A DNA stretch of 56,528 nt, taken from the IMG/VR virus record IMGVR_UViG_3300033153_005235, positions 1 to 56,528 of that record; one strand, 5' to 3'. The stretch is from a virus (Duplodnaviria; Caudoviricetes). The translations under genes were made by a program, and so were the position numbers. The notes beneath the pieces are model-generated. The model was not told the DNA's origin. It did no database searches and saw only the letters and a program-made list of their open reading frames with translations. Every line of letters starts with the position of its first letter. Position 1 is the stretch's first letter. Below are positions 25,135 to 34,276 of the stretch, one piece after another.

Positions 25135-27987
25135 ATGCTGAGACGGTTACTGATAGTAGTTTTACTCTTACTTCCTTTCGACTGTTACGCTCTTGATGTC
25201 ACGTTAACTGTTAACGATAACTCAACAGTAGCAAGAACAGATGGACATGTGAGTTATGGCGTTCCAATACCAAGGTCAGATGATATTATTGATGTGGACA
25301 CCCTGGGTATATTCGATACATCGGTAGAACAGGATGCCCAATTCCGTGTACTTGCAAGATATGACGGAACGCCAAGTGATACTTCCGCACCAATTCAGAT
25401 GGTCTTGGTTGATACTCAGGAGTCTGTCACTGCTGATGGTTCAAAAGAACTTCACTTAAAAGACACAGGTTCAGGAACAGCAAGCGGAACTCTAGCCAGT
25501 TCTGATGCTACACATATCACGGTTGACACAGGGCCACTAGTTTTCAAGATTAAGAACACAGGTGGTTTTAACTTATTTGACGATGTCCAAGTTGACACTA
25601 CTGGGAACGGTGATGCAGATACTCAACTTGTTTCAACAACTGCCACAGATGGGATCAATCTTTATGCTGGCAGCACAGTTTACTCGTCCTCAAACGCTAC
25701 CCCTTCAGTTGTTGAGATCGAAGAGAACGGGCCTTTGCGCTGTGTTATTCATGTACGTGGTGAGTATGAGGACTCAAGCAATAATGCTCTAACACCACCT
25801 GTTACCGATACGGAGACACCTAGTCCAGTTGAATATGATATCAGGATAATAGCCTACAAGGACAAGGCTTATGTTAAACTATTCTATACGATGATGTCAG
25901 AGAACTTCGGTTATGTAAGGGGAGATTCGCCAGAAGTGGCTCATAACGTGGATATCGATTACGGAAGTTTTACAACAACATTAGTACTGGATTCCAGCAA
26001 GACAGTGGAGTTTGGTTCGTATTCTGACACCTACACTACAGCGACTTATGAACTGGTGCAGGGATACACTGATACCGACCAGATATCCTCAACTAACTTC
26101 TCATACAATGTTGATAAGGATAGTGGCTCTGTAGATACCGGCCAACAGTTTGACGGCCATGTAGATGTGAGAGATAGTTCTAAGGGGCTGATGGTAGCAG
26201 GAAGATGGTTCTGGCAGAATTGGCCTAAAGGTGTATCGGTAACTGACAACGTCATGGACTTCTACCTATGGCCAGATACAGCAACAGACCATACTGTACG
26301 TGGAGGATTCCACGAGTCTCACGAGATTATCTATAACTTCCATGGTTCAGATACCACTTTCACTGACGAACTTGCTGCGCTGCGTGATAGGCTGTTGCTG
26401 ATGACCTCAGCAGATTATCTTGCTACCACGAACTTCATTGATGTAATTGCACCTGTTGATATCACCACAAATTATACATTTCCTACTGGTGAATCACTTG
26501 ATGACGCTATAGATGGTTGGAACACATCTATTGAGGCTAAGTATAATAGCGCTCTCGGTAACACAGGGATTAATAGGGATTTCGATTATTACAGAGAGAA
26601 TATGACTGTCCAGTGGGCTACCAATGGAACAAATATATTCTCTGGAGAATGGATGAGTTCATACGGAATGTATGTCTTTGGTGATTTTCCTCTTACCGGA
26701 ACATCTGGATTTCCTTCTCTTCATTATAGCTGGGATTACATCTCATTGATTAACGGTCTTCGCTTCAGCAATCCAGTAATGATCGAATACGGGGAACAAA
26801 TGGCAAGAGGTAGGGCAAATCATGCAATAGTACATGATGATAACGCCTTGGATATTGCCCACGGTTCCTCGGCACCAGAGTCATGGTACGCTGGAGGTCA
26901 TAGATACGAAACAGGTAATGCGAGACTAACTAATGGGTTTGCGAGAACCAATAATAGTTTCAACGATCCTGCTTACGGCTCGCATTCGTGGACAAGGGGT
27001 ATCTTATTACAGTACCTCCTAACAGGTAATGAATACTATAAGGGTGTTATTGATGTAATGGCTACGCATTATGATAATAACTTTGCTGGCACCGGTGTTG
27101 CTTGGGGTGGAGACAAAGACTGTACTGATGATAACGGATGTTGGGACACTGAAGAGACACGTCAGGTGTCCCGCATAATAGAACAGGTTGTTGGCTTATA
27201 TCAAGTGCTCGGTACTGAGCATTACCTTGATCTTGCATATGACATATTTGATCAATCAGTAATAACCAATCTTGAGCACAAGATAGACACAGTTCCTCAA
27301 GGGTATATGCACTACACCAGTCCCCAAAATAGTTGTGATCAGACCTTAGATGTCAAAGGTGTTTGTGATGCTCACGTATTCTACGAAGTCCTGCAGATTA
27401 AAGGATTAACGCTATTATACTTGAGTTTAAAAGACGCAAGTAAGACCACGGAAGCGGCAGAGGTTATGGCTTACATGATACGCAAAGCTACTTGGATGCG
27501 TGATTCTCTATTCACCAACTGGGACGTTGGAGATATGGGTACGGTAAATGGTAGTAATAAATACCTCCCGTACACGGTATATCCTGACTGGAAAATTGGT
27601 ACGAAGTGGGTAGACAACGGACAGTCTACACTTACCTCATTGCTCTACACTAATTCGTGTGCTGACTTATTTGCCATGGTTTATGAGTTTGGCGATCAGG
27701 ACATCGCATGGCTCAATATAGCAAGATCCCTATTCAAAGATCAGATGATGTATCAGGCTATATCCGGGGCTCAAGATTATGTAACTATAGCTACTACTCA
27801 ACGAATAAAGAGCCTAGATAACTATTCTACAGGTGGTTATCTCAAAGGCCAGGCAACGCAATCTCAAAAGCCAATGACGTACCTTGCTATCGAGGCGGGA
27901 ACATTAAGTGCTACTTATCCATCTAATAGTGGTTCAATGTTTATAGGTACAGGTTCAACCTTTATAAGTACGGGGACAATACGATGA
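25135..27987 (+). CDS. secreted large protein, putative polysaccharide lyase/glycosidase-like (beta domains plus alpha-toroid)
   Basis: MLRRLLIVVLLLLPFDCYA signal; V.YGVPIP, AQFRVLARY, ITVDTGPL.F.I, IEENGPLR, RWFWQNWPK, HSWTRG...YLLTG recall exo-rhamnogalacturonan-lyase-like proteins. Confidence 0.7.
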   Translation: MLRRLLIVVLLLLPFDCYALDVTLTVNDNSTVARTDGHVSYGVPIPRSDDIIDVDTLGIFDTSVEQDAQFRVLARYDGTPSDTSAPIQMVLVDTQESVTADGSKELHLKDTGSGTASGTLASSDATHITVDTGPLVFKIKNTGGFNLFDDVQVDTTGNGDADTQLVSTTATDGINLYAGSTVYSSSNATPSVVEIEENGPLRCVIHVRGEYEDSSNNALTPPVTDTETPSPVEYDIRIIAYKDKAYVKLFYTMMSENFGYVRGDSPEVAHNVDIDYGSFTTTLVLDSSKTVEFGSYSDTYTTATYELVQGYTDTDQISSTNFSYNVDKDSGSVDTGQQFDGHVDVRDSSKGLMVAGRWFWQNWPKGVSVTDNVMDFYLWPDTATDHTVRGGFHESHEIIYNFHGSDTTFTDELAALRDRLLLMTSADYLATTNFIDVIAPVDITTNYTFPTGESLDDAIDGWNTSIEAKYNSALGNTGINRDFDYYRENMTVQWATNGTNIFSGEWMSSYGMYVFGDFPLTGTSGFPSLHYSWDYISLINGLRFSNPVMIEYGEQMARGRANHAIVHDDNALDIAHGSSAPESWYAGGHRYETGNARLTNGFARTNNSFNDPAYGSHSWTRGILLQYLLTGNEYYKGVIDVMATHYDNNFAGTGVAWGGDKDCTDDNGCWDTEETRQVSRIIEQVVGLYQVLGTEHYLDLAYDIFDQSVITNLEHKIDTVPQGYMHYTSPQNSCDQTLDVKGVCDAHVFYEVLQIKGLTLLYLSLKDASKTTEAAEVMAYMIRKATWMRDSLFTNWDVGDMGTVNGSNKYLPYTVYPDWKIGTKWVDNGQSTLTSLLYTNSCADLFAMVYEFGDQDIAWLNIARSLFKDQMMYQAISGAQDYVTIATTQRIKSLDNYSTGGYLKGQATQSQKPMTYLAIEAGTLSATYPSNSGSMFIGTGSTFISTGTIR
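27925..27987 (+). repeat. C-terminal tag repeat, copy 1
   Basis: Encodes NSGSMFIGTGSTFISTGTIR; 49/63 nt identical to 30173-30235. Confidence 0.8.
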
Positions 27988-28589
27988 ACTATTTATTAAT
28001 ATTAGCTTTACTGTTAGTACCAGTTAATTCTTCAGCATGGTGGCTTATTTCGGAGCAGAAAGTTAGTTCTGCTGGTGCTACTTGTGAAACTAACTTTTCT
28101 GAATACGTCGATGTCTCTGGTTCATGGGAATTTACTAGGTATATTGGAAGCCTATATAAAGGATTTAGTTGGGATACAACGACTGCAACAGATATATGTG
28201 GGGTAACATTTTCGTTAGGCGAGGCAGGAGGGGATATCTCTGGCAACAACTATAAGGCCATTATATATAATATGGACGGTAACAATCTACTCTCTAAGGT
28301 TGTAGAGTCTGAGCTTGTCTCTGGCTCAACGTTCACTGGTGGATCTGCAACCGATGTTAAGTTTATGTTCTCCTCACCAATCACTATCACTAGTGGCCAA
28401 GCTGTTGTAGTTGCGTTAGATGATGGCGCTGGTGGACAAACTGTTGATGGTGTTAATTTTATAGATATGTATGGCACTAACAATTCTGCTGATACTGACC
28501 AATCTAGTGGAACATGGAGAGGTGACAATTTATTAGCTAACACATACCCACAACTGCAAGAGAGAAGGTATATATTATGGAAAGAATAG
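27984..28589 (+). CDS. secreted small beta protein (paralogue of 24549..25130)
   Basis: MNYLLILALLLVPVNSSA signal; shared motifs F..P.TIT.G and SGTWR.D. Confidence 0.75.
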   Translation: MNYLLILALLLVPVNSSAWWLISEQKVSSAGATCETNFSEYVDVSGSWEFTRYIGSLYKGFSWDTTTATDICGVTFSLGEAGGDISGNNYKAIIYNMDGNNLLSKVVESELVSGSTFTGGSATDVKFMFSSPITITSGQAVVVALDDGAGGQTVDGVNFIDMYGTNNSADTDQSSGTWRGDNLLANTYPQLQERRYILWKE

Positions 28590-30235
28590 TACTTGTACTT
28601 ATTGTCCTACTTGCTCCAAGTATTTCCATTGCTGCTAGGTTAGTCCCACATACAGATTTGACGTATCTCGGAGCTTTTAAGATGCCTTCAAGCGTTGAAA
28701 GTAATGTGTGTTACCAATGGAACGGAATACAGGGCTTTATATTGTTTAATCCTGATGGAGATAGTGGTGGAGCAGCAGATGGATATACAGGATCTCTTAT
28801 TGTTTCTGCTAAAATTGGTTGCCCAACTATCGGAGAAATAGATATCCCTGCACCTGTCGTTGGTGATAAATCCAGCCTATCAAGTTCGTCAATTCTCCAA
28901 GCAATTACCGATATGTCTAACGGGGATTTGCAAGATGTTGTTAGTGGTAATACTAATATAGGTATGGGTAATGCTATTATACTGCCATCATCAGGGGGAA
29001 ATAGGATATTTGGTGTAACCCATAAGAATTATAATACTGACAATACAAGCAACTGGGACGAAGTGCTCACGAGTTTTAGTTTGGATTTCGCTACAACTCT
29101 TGACCACTCTGGATGGTTTCAAGTAACAGGAGAATACGTCGGTGCTGTCGGTCAGTATGCATTTACAGTTCCGCAGGCATGGGCCGATACCAATACTGGT
29201 GGTAAAACAGTAATTGTAGGTGGTAACCGGTTCGCTGGAGGGGGCTCTCATGGTGTTTCTCTGTATGCTATAGATCCATGGGGACCTACAGAAAACCCAC
29301 CTGTTGATGGTACAGACTTCGTTCCAACAACTATAGTTGAGTATACTGATGGGATAACTAGTATGGATAACTATGGGTATGCTAATCAACCAGGAAACTT
29401 GAAGTGGATTGAGGATTCCACTGGTAACGCTTCTGTTATTGCTAATGGTCTTTATTTCGGTAGATGGCGATCCCCAAACGATACCCTTACGAGTGATTGG
29501 ACTCAAAACCCTACTGGATGGTACTATGGGACGCCACACCCAGAGGGTACTGGAGGGAAAGGTTATAATAACGAGCCTTATGCTTTTGCTTTTCTTTTAT
29601 ACGATCCAGATGATCTAGCCGACTCTCTTGATGGTACAATTGAATCGTATGAGGTTCAACCATATGGTTATTATAATTGGGCGAAATATGCGTACGACGA
29701 GCCATATCATGTTGATGGTAACCCTAAAAACTCAGGTGGACTTGCCTACGATGAGACAAATCACCTCCTATATGTAAATGAGAGGTTAGTTGGGGAGGCA
29801 GGGATTATTCATGTGTTTTCTGTAGCTGATGGTTCCGGAGCACTGGACACGACAGTTCCAACAACACCGAGTAATCTTGCGCTTGGTACAGTTACCGAGT
29901 CTACAATAGCACTTACCTGGACAGGATCTACAGACACAGAAACAGATGTTACTTATTTAATTAATCTAAACGGATACCCAACAGTACGTACAACAGATAC
30001 TTCATACGTTTATGGATCAACAGGAAACTTTGTCGCTGATTGGAGAGCAGGAGATGAGGGGGCTGATGGGTATGATGCAATAACAGAGTTCTCCTTCACT
30101 GTCACAGCGGTAGACGATTATTTTAATGAATCCACAGAATCAAACACAGTGAGCTATGACTATGCCAATAGGAATACAGGGTCAATGTTTATAAGAACGG
30201 GAAATACTTTTATAGGTACGGGGATAATACAATGA
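28577..30235 (+). CDS. secreted protein with fibronectin type III domain
   Basis: MERIVLVLIVLLAPSISIA signal; DLTYLGAF; DTTVPTTPSNL...LTWTGSTD...V.Y...F.VTAVD...NES..SN (FN3). Confidence 0.75.
   Translation: MERIVLVLIVLLAPSISIAARLVPHTDLTYLGAFKMPSSVESNVCYQWNGIQGFILFNPDGDSGGAADGYTGSLIVSAKIGCPTIGEIDIPAPVVGDKSSLSSSSILQAITDMSNGDLQDVVSGNTNIGMGNAIILPSSGGNRIFGVTHKNYNTDNTSNWDEVLTSFSLDFATTLDHSGWFQVTGEYVGAVGQYAFTVPQAWADTNTGGKTVIVGGNRFAGGGSHGVSLYAIDPWGPTENPPVDGTDFVPTTIVEYTDGITSMDNYGYANQPGNLKWIEDSTGNASVIANGLYFGRWRSPNDTLTSDWTQNPTGWYYGTPHPEGTGGKGYNNEPYAFAFLLYDPDDLADSLDGTIESYEVQPYGYYNWAKYAYDEPYHVDGNPKNSGGLAYDETNHLLYVNERLVGEAGIIHVFSVADGSGALDTTVPTTPSNLALGTVTESTIALTWTGSTDTETDVTYLINLNGYPTVRTTDTSYVYGSTGNFVADWRAGDEGADGYDAITEFSFTVTAVDDYFNESTESNTVSYDYANRNTGSMFIRTGNTFIGTGIIQ
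30173..30235 (+). repeat. C-terminal tag repeat, copy 2
   Basis: Encodes NTGSMFIRTGNTFIGTGIIQ. Confidence 0.8.
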
Positions 30236-30669
30236 CAGTATTAGCTTTCTACAAATGCGATGAAGGGTCAGGAGATACTCTGATCGACTCTTCAGGCAAC
30301 GGGAACGACGCAACAGTGTCTGACATTACAAACTTCTGGGATGACTCTCAGGTAGCCCAGAGCCTACAGGATGCAGAGAATACTGCTGATGCTTTGTATT
30401 TCATGGATGTTAGTAATCATGGGGTACCTAAGACACAGGCGGAGTTTTTGTCTGATGGGGTTATCAACTTCGATAAACAAAGGTGGTTTTGTGCCAATAC
30501 AGGGATGTTGTTCTACAAAAACCCCAGAACAGCGGCTGAAGCATCTGAGGTTGAATATTTCCTGTACAAGAAGGGATGCTTTGAGTACGAGGCTCTGATA
30601 GATGCTGAGTCTGGAGAAGTACTCTATGATGAAGTTAGTGGTAAGCTAATATTTGATGAGGAAGCATGA
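30232..30669 (+). CDS. LamG-associated fragment (possibly 3' part of 22385..23494)
   Basis: Begins with LAFYKCDEGSGDTLIDSSGNGNDAT, a LamG-type segment. Confidence 0.65.
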   Translation: MTVLAFYKCDEGSGDTLIDSSGNGNDATVSDITNFWDDSQVAQSLQDAENTADALYFMDVSNHGVPKTQAEFLSDGVINFDKQRWFCANTGMLFYKNPRTAAEASEVEYFLYKKGCFEYEALIDAESGEVLYDEVSGKLIFDEEA

Positions 30670-31157
30670 TGAAGAGTGTTCAGAGCGTCTTTGAGGAACA
30701 GATAGTTCCTATACAATCTAGTATACATGACTGCGTTGATACAGGCACATTGGCTACTCTATCTTCTGGGGTTCGTACCTTGTACACAAATGATAAACTA
30801 GGTTATGAATATCGGAATGGGGGCACTGACCTGTGGGACAGTGTTAACAGCGTTGTTAAAGATAGTATACTCGATACAAAAATTGACATAATCTTAGGAT
30901 GTGTTCGAAATGCCCCAAGTGCCAACACTAGGATGAAGTTCGAACTGGTAATTGATGTTGGTGGAGATGGGCTGAATGAAATTCCTGTATCAACGATCAT
31001 ATGTGAGATTGTAAGGAATGGTGTTAATATCCCTGCTAGGATAGTATTTCATGTGTATAATGGGGCTGCTGCCTTGGCTGACGGATTTAAACTTTATGTT
31101 ACAGCAGAGAATGGTGATGTGAATGTAACAAATAAGTCTATACTTGTGAGGGTATAA
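30666..31157 (+). CDS. structural/hypothetical protein
   Basis: 163 aa, ATGA-coupled. Confidence 0.7.
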   Translation: MMKSVQSVFEEQIVPIQSSIHDCVDTGTLATLSSGVRTLYTNDKLGYEYRNGGTDLWDSVNSVVKDSILDTKIDIILGCVRNAPSANTRMKFELVIDVGGDGLNEIPVSTIICEIVRNGVNIPARIVFHVYNGAAALADGFKLYVTAENGDVNVTNKSILVRV

Positions 31158-31798
31158 TGAAGAGTGTTCAAGAAGTAATGGCGACAGGCGGCTCTGTGCC
31201 AACAAGTGTTACTGGTACGGCAGCCAATAATACCCAAATAGAAGCTGACGGAACGTTGAAGTTCAATGGTGATGCTACTACATGGGATGATATTGTTGGT
31301 TCTCTGGTTGCTCGTAGGTTGGATTCAACCACAGGTAGGTTGCAGTATGACTTTGACGAGAACGCCATCATTATGCAAGATGACGGCGATATCACCAACA
31401 GTGCAGATACGTTGATCTTTAACTACCAATACCCACATGCAGCTAAGACTGACGGTGAGATGAGGCTACATATCCACTGGGAGCAAATCTCGACAGATGA
31501 TCTTGAGTTTACTGTTAAACATCGGATACAAAATAATGGTGCTGAGAAGACTATAGCGTGGACGACTACGGTTGTAAGTACTAACACCAACAACGTGTTC
31601 ACGTTCAACGGACATACAACGCTTGACCAAATAACATCGCTTGTTAATGTTGATATGACAGGAGCTAGTATTTCTGCTACAGTACAGTTTAAGGTAGCTA
31701 GAACAGATGATACTGGCGGGGATGATATTCTTGCGATATTTATTGACGCACATGTGGAAAGAGATACGATTGGGTCGAGAACAGAGTTTGGCAAATAG
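31157..31798 (+). CDS. tail-associated protein
   Basis: 213 aa; G.AT.WDD, Q.PH..K......HIHW, D.H.E.DTIGSR.E..K motifs of phage tail distal domains. Confidence 0.7.
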   Translation: MKSVQEVMATGGSVPTSVTGTAANNTQIEADGTLKFNGDATTWDDIVGSLVARRLDSTTGRLQYDFDENAIIMQDDGDITNSADTLIFNYQYPHAAKTDGEMRLHIHWEQISTDDLEFTVKHRIQNNGAEKTIAWTTTVVSTNTNNVFTFNGHTTLDQITSLVNVDMTGASISATVQFKVARTDDTGGDDILAIFIDAHVERDTIGSRTEFGK

Positions 31799-31807
31799 GA
31801 GATAATT

Positions 31808-32215
31808 GTGGATATCCCAGAAGTAGTAGTAGAGTGGACACTTGGTGTTGTGTCTGCTCTTGGTGGTGGCGGGTTCTTGTTCTTGAAAAATAAAGCTAAT
31901 AGGAATGCTGACGATATCTCAAAACTTAAAGATAAAATGGTTAGTGAGTGTGACATTATGGATCAAAAAATTCTTAATGCTATTGAGAAGCTTGGAGAGA
32001 AAGTCACACCATTAAAGCATTGCGAATCTAAGCAGGAGCTTTGGCAGGAACGTTTCGATATGTGGATGTCACAGAACAAGGAACAGCACGACCATATTGA
32101 TGACAACGTTAGTAATGCTTTAGAAGGTATAGAAAAACAACTCGAAATCGTATTTGATAAGATTGATTCTATGCAAGAATGCTTAACAAAGATTCAAATA
32201 AACAAGGAGTGTTGA
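31808..32215 (+). CDS. membrane-anchored coiled-coil protein (holin/spanin-like)
   Basis: Single N-terminal transmembrane segment followed by a coiled coil. Confidence 0.55.
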   Translation: MDIPEVVVEWTLGVVSALGGGGFLFLKNKANRNADDISKLKDKMVSECDIMDQKILNAIEKLGEKVTPLKHCESKQELWQERFDMWMSQNKEQHDHIDDNVSNALEGIEKQLEIVFDKIDSMQECLTKIQINKEC

Positions 32216-32216
32216 T

Positions 32217-32870
32217 ATGCAAAAAGCTATTACTATTGGATGTTGGATTACTGTTATATTTGTGCTGGCTGGTTGTGGAGCTAAAGACATTACTAATCAC
32301 GATGTTAATATCGCAGGGTTACAAGCTCAAGCTGCTGTAGATTGTAGGAAGAGTAGACAGATAGATCTCTCACTGGTTCCAAAAGAGCATAGGGCGTTTG
32401 CTGTCATGGCTCAACAACAAAGTGAAACAATGTTGTTACTAACAGGACATGATCCTTGTGGCCAGACAAATGTATACGACTCTCAGATTGCAGAAGTTAG
32501 AGCAAAGAACGAAACGATTAAAGGTTTAGGTGGTTCAGTTGTTAACTTTGGTTTTGCATGGCTTGGTGCCGGGGTACTAGATACTGCGCTGAAAGAAGCT
32601 GGAGATGCTTATACATCCAGTGGGTTCTCTGAGACTTATGTAACCAATGAGAATGAATCTCGCAATACATCAAACAAGACCGAAGATAGTTACAACGACA
32701 AGGACTCTGATAATGTCATAAGTACTACCAATGAATCCAATCCGGTGGAAACTAATACTGCGCCATATACTTATACGGTTACTCCAAGTGATAGTTACAA
32801 CTATCAGCCATCCACAACTACTTCTCCAGTCACTACCGATTATGGTAGCACCAATCAGATAGAAAACTGA
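32217..32870 (+). CDS. lipoprotein
   Basis: Lipobox VLAG-C after a hydrophobic leader; Ser/Thr-rich C-terminus. Confidence 0.7.
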   Translation: MQKAITIGCWITVIFVLAGCGAKDITNHDVNIAGLQAQAAVDCRKSRQIDLSLVPKEHRAFAVMAQQQSETMLLLTGHDPCGQTNVYDSQIAEVRAKNETIKGLGGSVVNFGFAWLGAGVLDTALKEAGDAYTSSGFSETYVTNENESRNTSNKTEDSYNDKDSDNVISTTNESNPVETNTAPYTYTVTPSDSYNYQPSTTTSPVTTDYGSTNQIEN

Positions 32871-33037
32871 TGGAATGGTTGACCGAGGAAGTAGTAGAGA
32901 AGTTACTTAACTGGCCATACCTACTTGCACTTGGTGTTGTATGTTGGATATTTATGAGATTATCTATAAAAGCTGCTGATACTTATAAGGGTATTATTGA
33001 TGGGCTTATTCAGGTTATTAAAGAAAAAAAAGATTAA
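32870..33037 (+). CDS. 55-aa single-TM protein (holin candidate)
   Basis: TGATG-coupled start; MEWLTEEVVEKLLNWPYLLALGVVCWIFMRLS...KEKKD; below the ORF-track cutoff. Confidence 0.55.
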   Translation: MEWLTEEVVEKLLNWPYLLALGVVCWIFMRLSIKAADTYKGIIDGLIQVIKEKKD

Positions 33038-33266
33038 AGATTGGTGTTCATGGTGGCCAGATGGTAACTGGGGACATTGCTGCAAGCGTCACGACAAAGC
33101 ATACGACAAAGGTATTCCATTTATGGTTGCCAATAAGAGGTTATACAAGTGCGTGAAAAGAAAGGCAGGAAAGATGGTGGCTTCCACCATGTTCGTGGGT
33201 ACGACGATATTCGGGATAATCCCGTATTTGAAGAGTCGTATGGACCTGTTGAGAAAAAACAGATAA
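33000..33266 (+). CDS. prokaryotic phospholipase A2-like protein
   Basis: DWCSWWPDG.W..CC..HD.AY...AN..L..CV motif. Confidence 0.6.
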   Translation: MGLFRLLKKKKIKDWCSWWPDGNWGHCCKRHDKAYDKGIPFMVANKRLYKCVKRKAGKMVASTMFVGTTIFGIIPYLKSRMDLLRKNR

Positions 33267-33309
33267 AGGTAATGATGCCTGTGTCTAAATTATTAAGATG
33301 GTTTAAATC

Positions 33310-33534
33310 ATGGAGAAACAAATGAAAGCAATGCTACTGAAAATGGCTCTACCAATGATCTTAGGCATGATTGAAGAGATGATTAACGAAGAAAATATTA
33401 AGAAGTATGGTGACAAATTGTTTGATCTTGTCGAGGATTTTGTTGCAGATAGCGATACTAAAGTTGATGATGCTACACTTCTTCCGTTGGTTAAGGCGGC
33501 TAGAATTGCACTCAAAATTCCAGATAACGACTGA
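33310..33534 (+). CDS. hypothetical protein
   Basis: 74 aa, D.VED.V..S.TK.DD...LP pattern. Confidence 0.7.
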   Translation: MEKQMKAMLLKMALPMILGMIEEMINEENIKKYGDKLFDLVEDFVADSDTKVDDATLLPLVKAARIALKIPDND

Positions 33535-33917
33535 TGTTTAGTTGGTTTAAACGTAAAAAGCCTATAACCATTACAAGGGCAGCGTTAAAGAGGAAACTTT
33601 TACTGTCGTTTGGTGGTTATACTGCTTATTTATTGGATAAAGAGTATATTCTTGTTCCAAGTATGAATTGGGTATTAAGGCATTGTCCAAAAACAAGAAC
33701 ATGGACTAAACAATGGGATTGTAATAAGATAGCTATTAGAGCAATGTCATTCCTACAGACTCATGCTGTTGGAGCTATAGTTGTTAAGTGGAAGAATAGA
33801 AATCCACATGCTTTATTGGTTATAGCATTTGAGGATGGAACTATTAAACTTTTCGATCCACACAGTAGAGAGTTTTTTCATGCTGCTGACAGAAAAGTAT
33901 ATAAACTTTGGATGTAG
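33534..33917 (+). CDS. papain/transglutaminase-like cysteine peptidase
   Basis: WDCNKIA...HALLV...LFDP: Cys-His-Asp order. Confidence 0.55.
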   Translation: MFSWFKRKKPITITRAALKRKLLLSFGGYTAYLLDKEYILVPSMNWVLRHCPKTRTWTKQWDCNKIAIRAMSFLQTHAVGAIVVKWKNRNPHALLVIAFEDGTIKLFDPHSREFFHAADRKVYKLWM

Positions 33918-33932
33918 ATATTTGGTGTATGT

Positions 33933-34271
33933 ATGAGCCTTGGTGAGATGCAAGAGAAACAGGTGTCAATGCTCGCTCGCTTAGTTATATATGGTGAGAG
34001 CCTTGGGTGTAGGTTTAGACAAGGTGATGCGTATAGGGATCGGAGAACAAATGGTGAGTGGGGTGAGAAGATTGGATACTCTGCTGCACATAGTGTTCAT
34101 AAAATTAAATTAGCAAATGACTTGAATTTATTTATTGATGGAGAATGGATTATTAATTCAGACCATCCTATGTGGATAGTGTTGCATGACTACTGGGAGC
34201 TTATGGGTGGAGCTCCAATGATTGAGAACGATGCAAACCATTTCTCACAAGAGTATAAAGGGTATAGGTAA
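33933..34271 (+). CDS. endolysin, M15-family peptidase
   Basis: GDAYR, SVH..KLA.DLNLF.DG, WE..GG, D.NHFS zinc-peptidase motifs. Confidence 0.85.
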   Translation: MSLGEMQEKQVSMLARLVIYGESLGCRFRQGDAYRDRRTNGEWGEKIGYSAAHSVHKIKLANDLNLFIDGEWIINSDHPMWIVLHDYWELMGGAPMIENDANHFSQEYKGYR

Positions 34272-34276
34272 TTAAT

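Noticed and set aside
27925-30235. DGR or invertase (shufflon) crossover repeats
   Set aside because: The repeats are direct, only ~78% identical, not A-biased, and no RT or recombinase is seen
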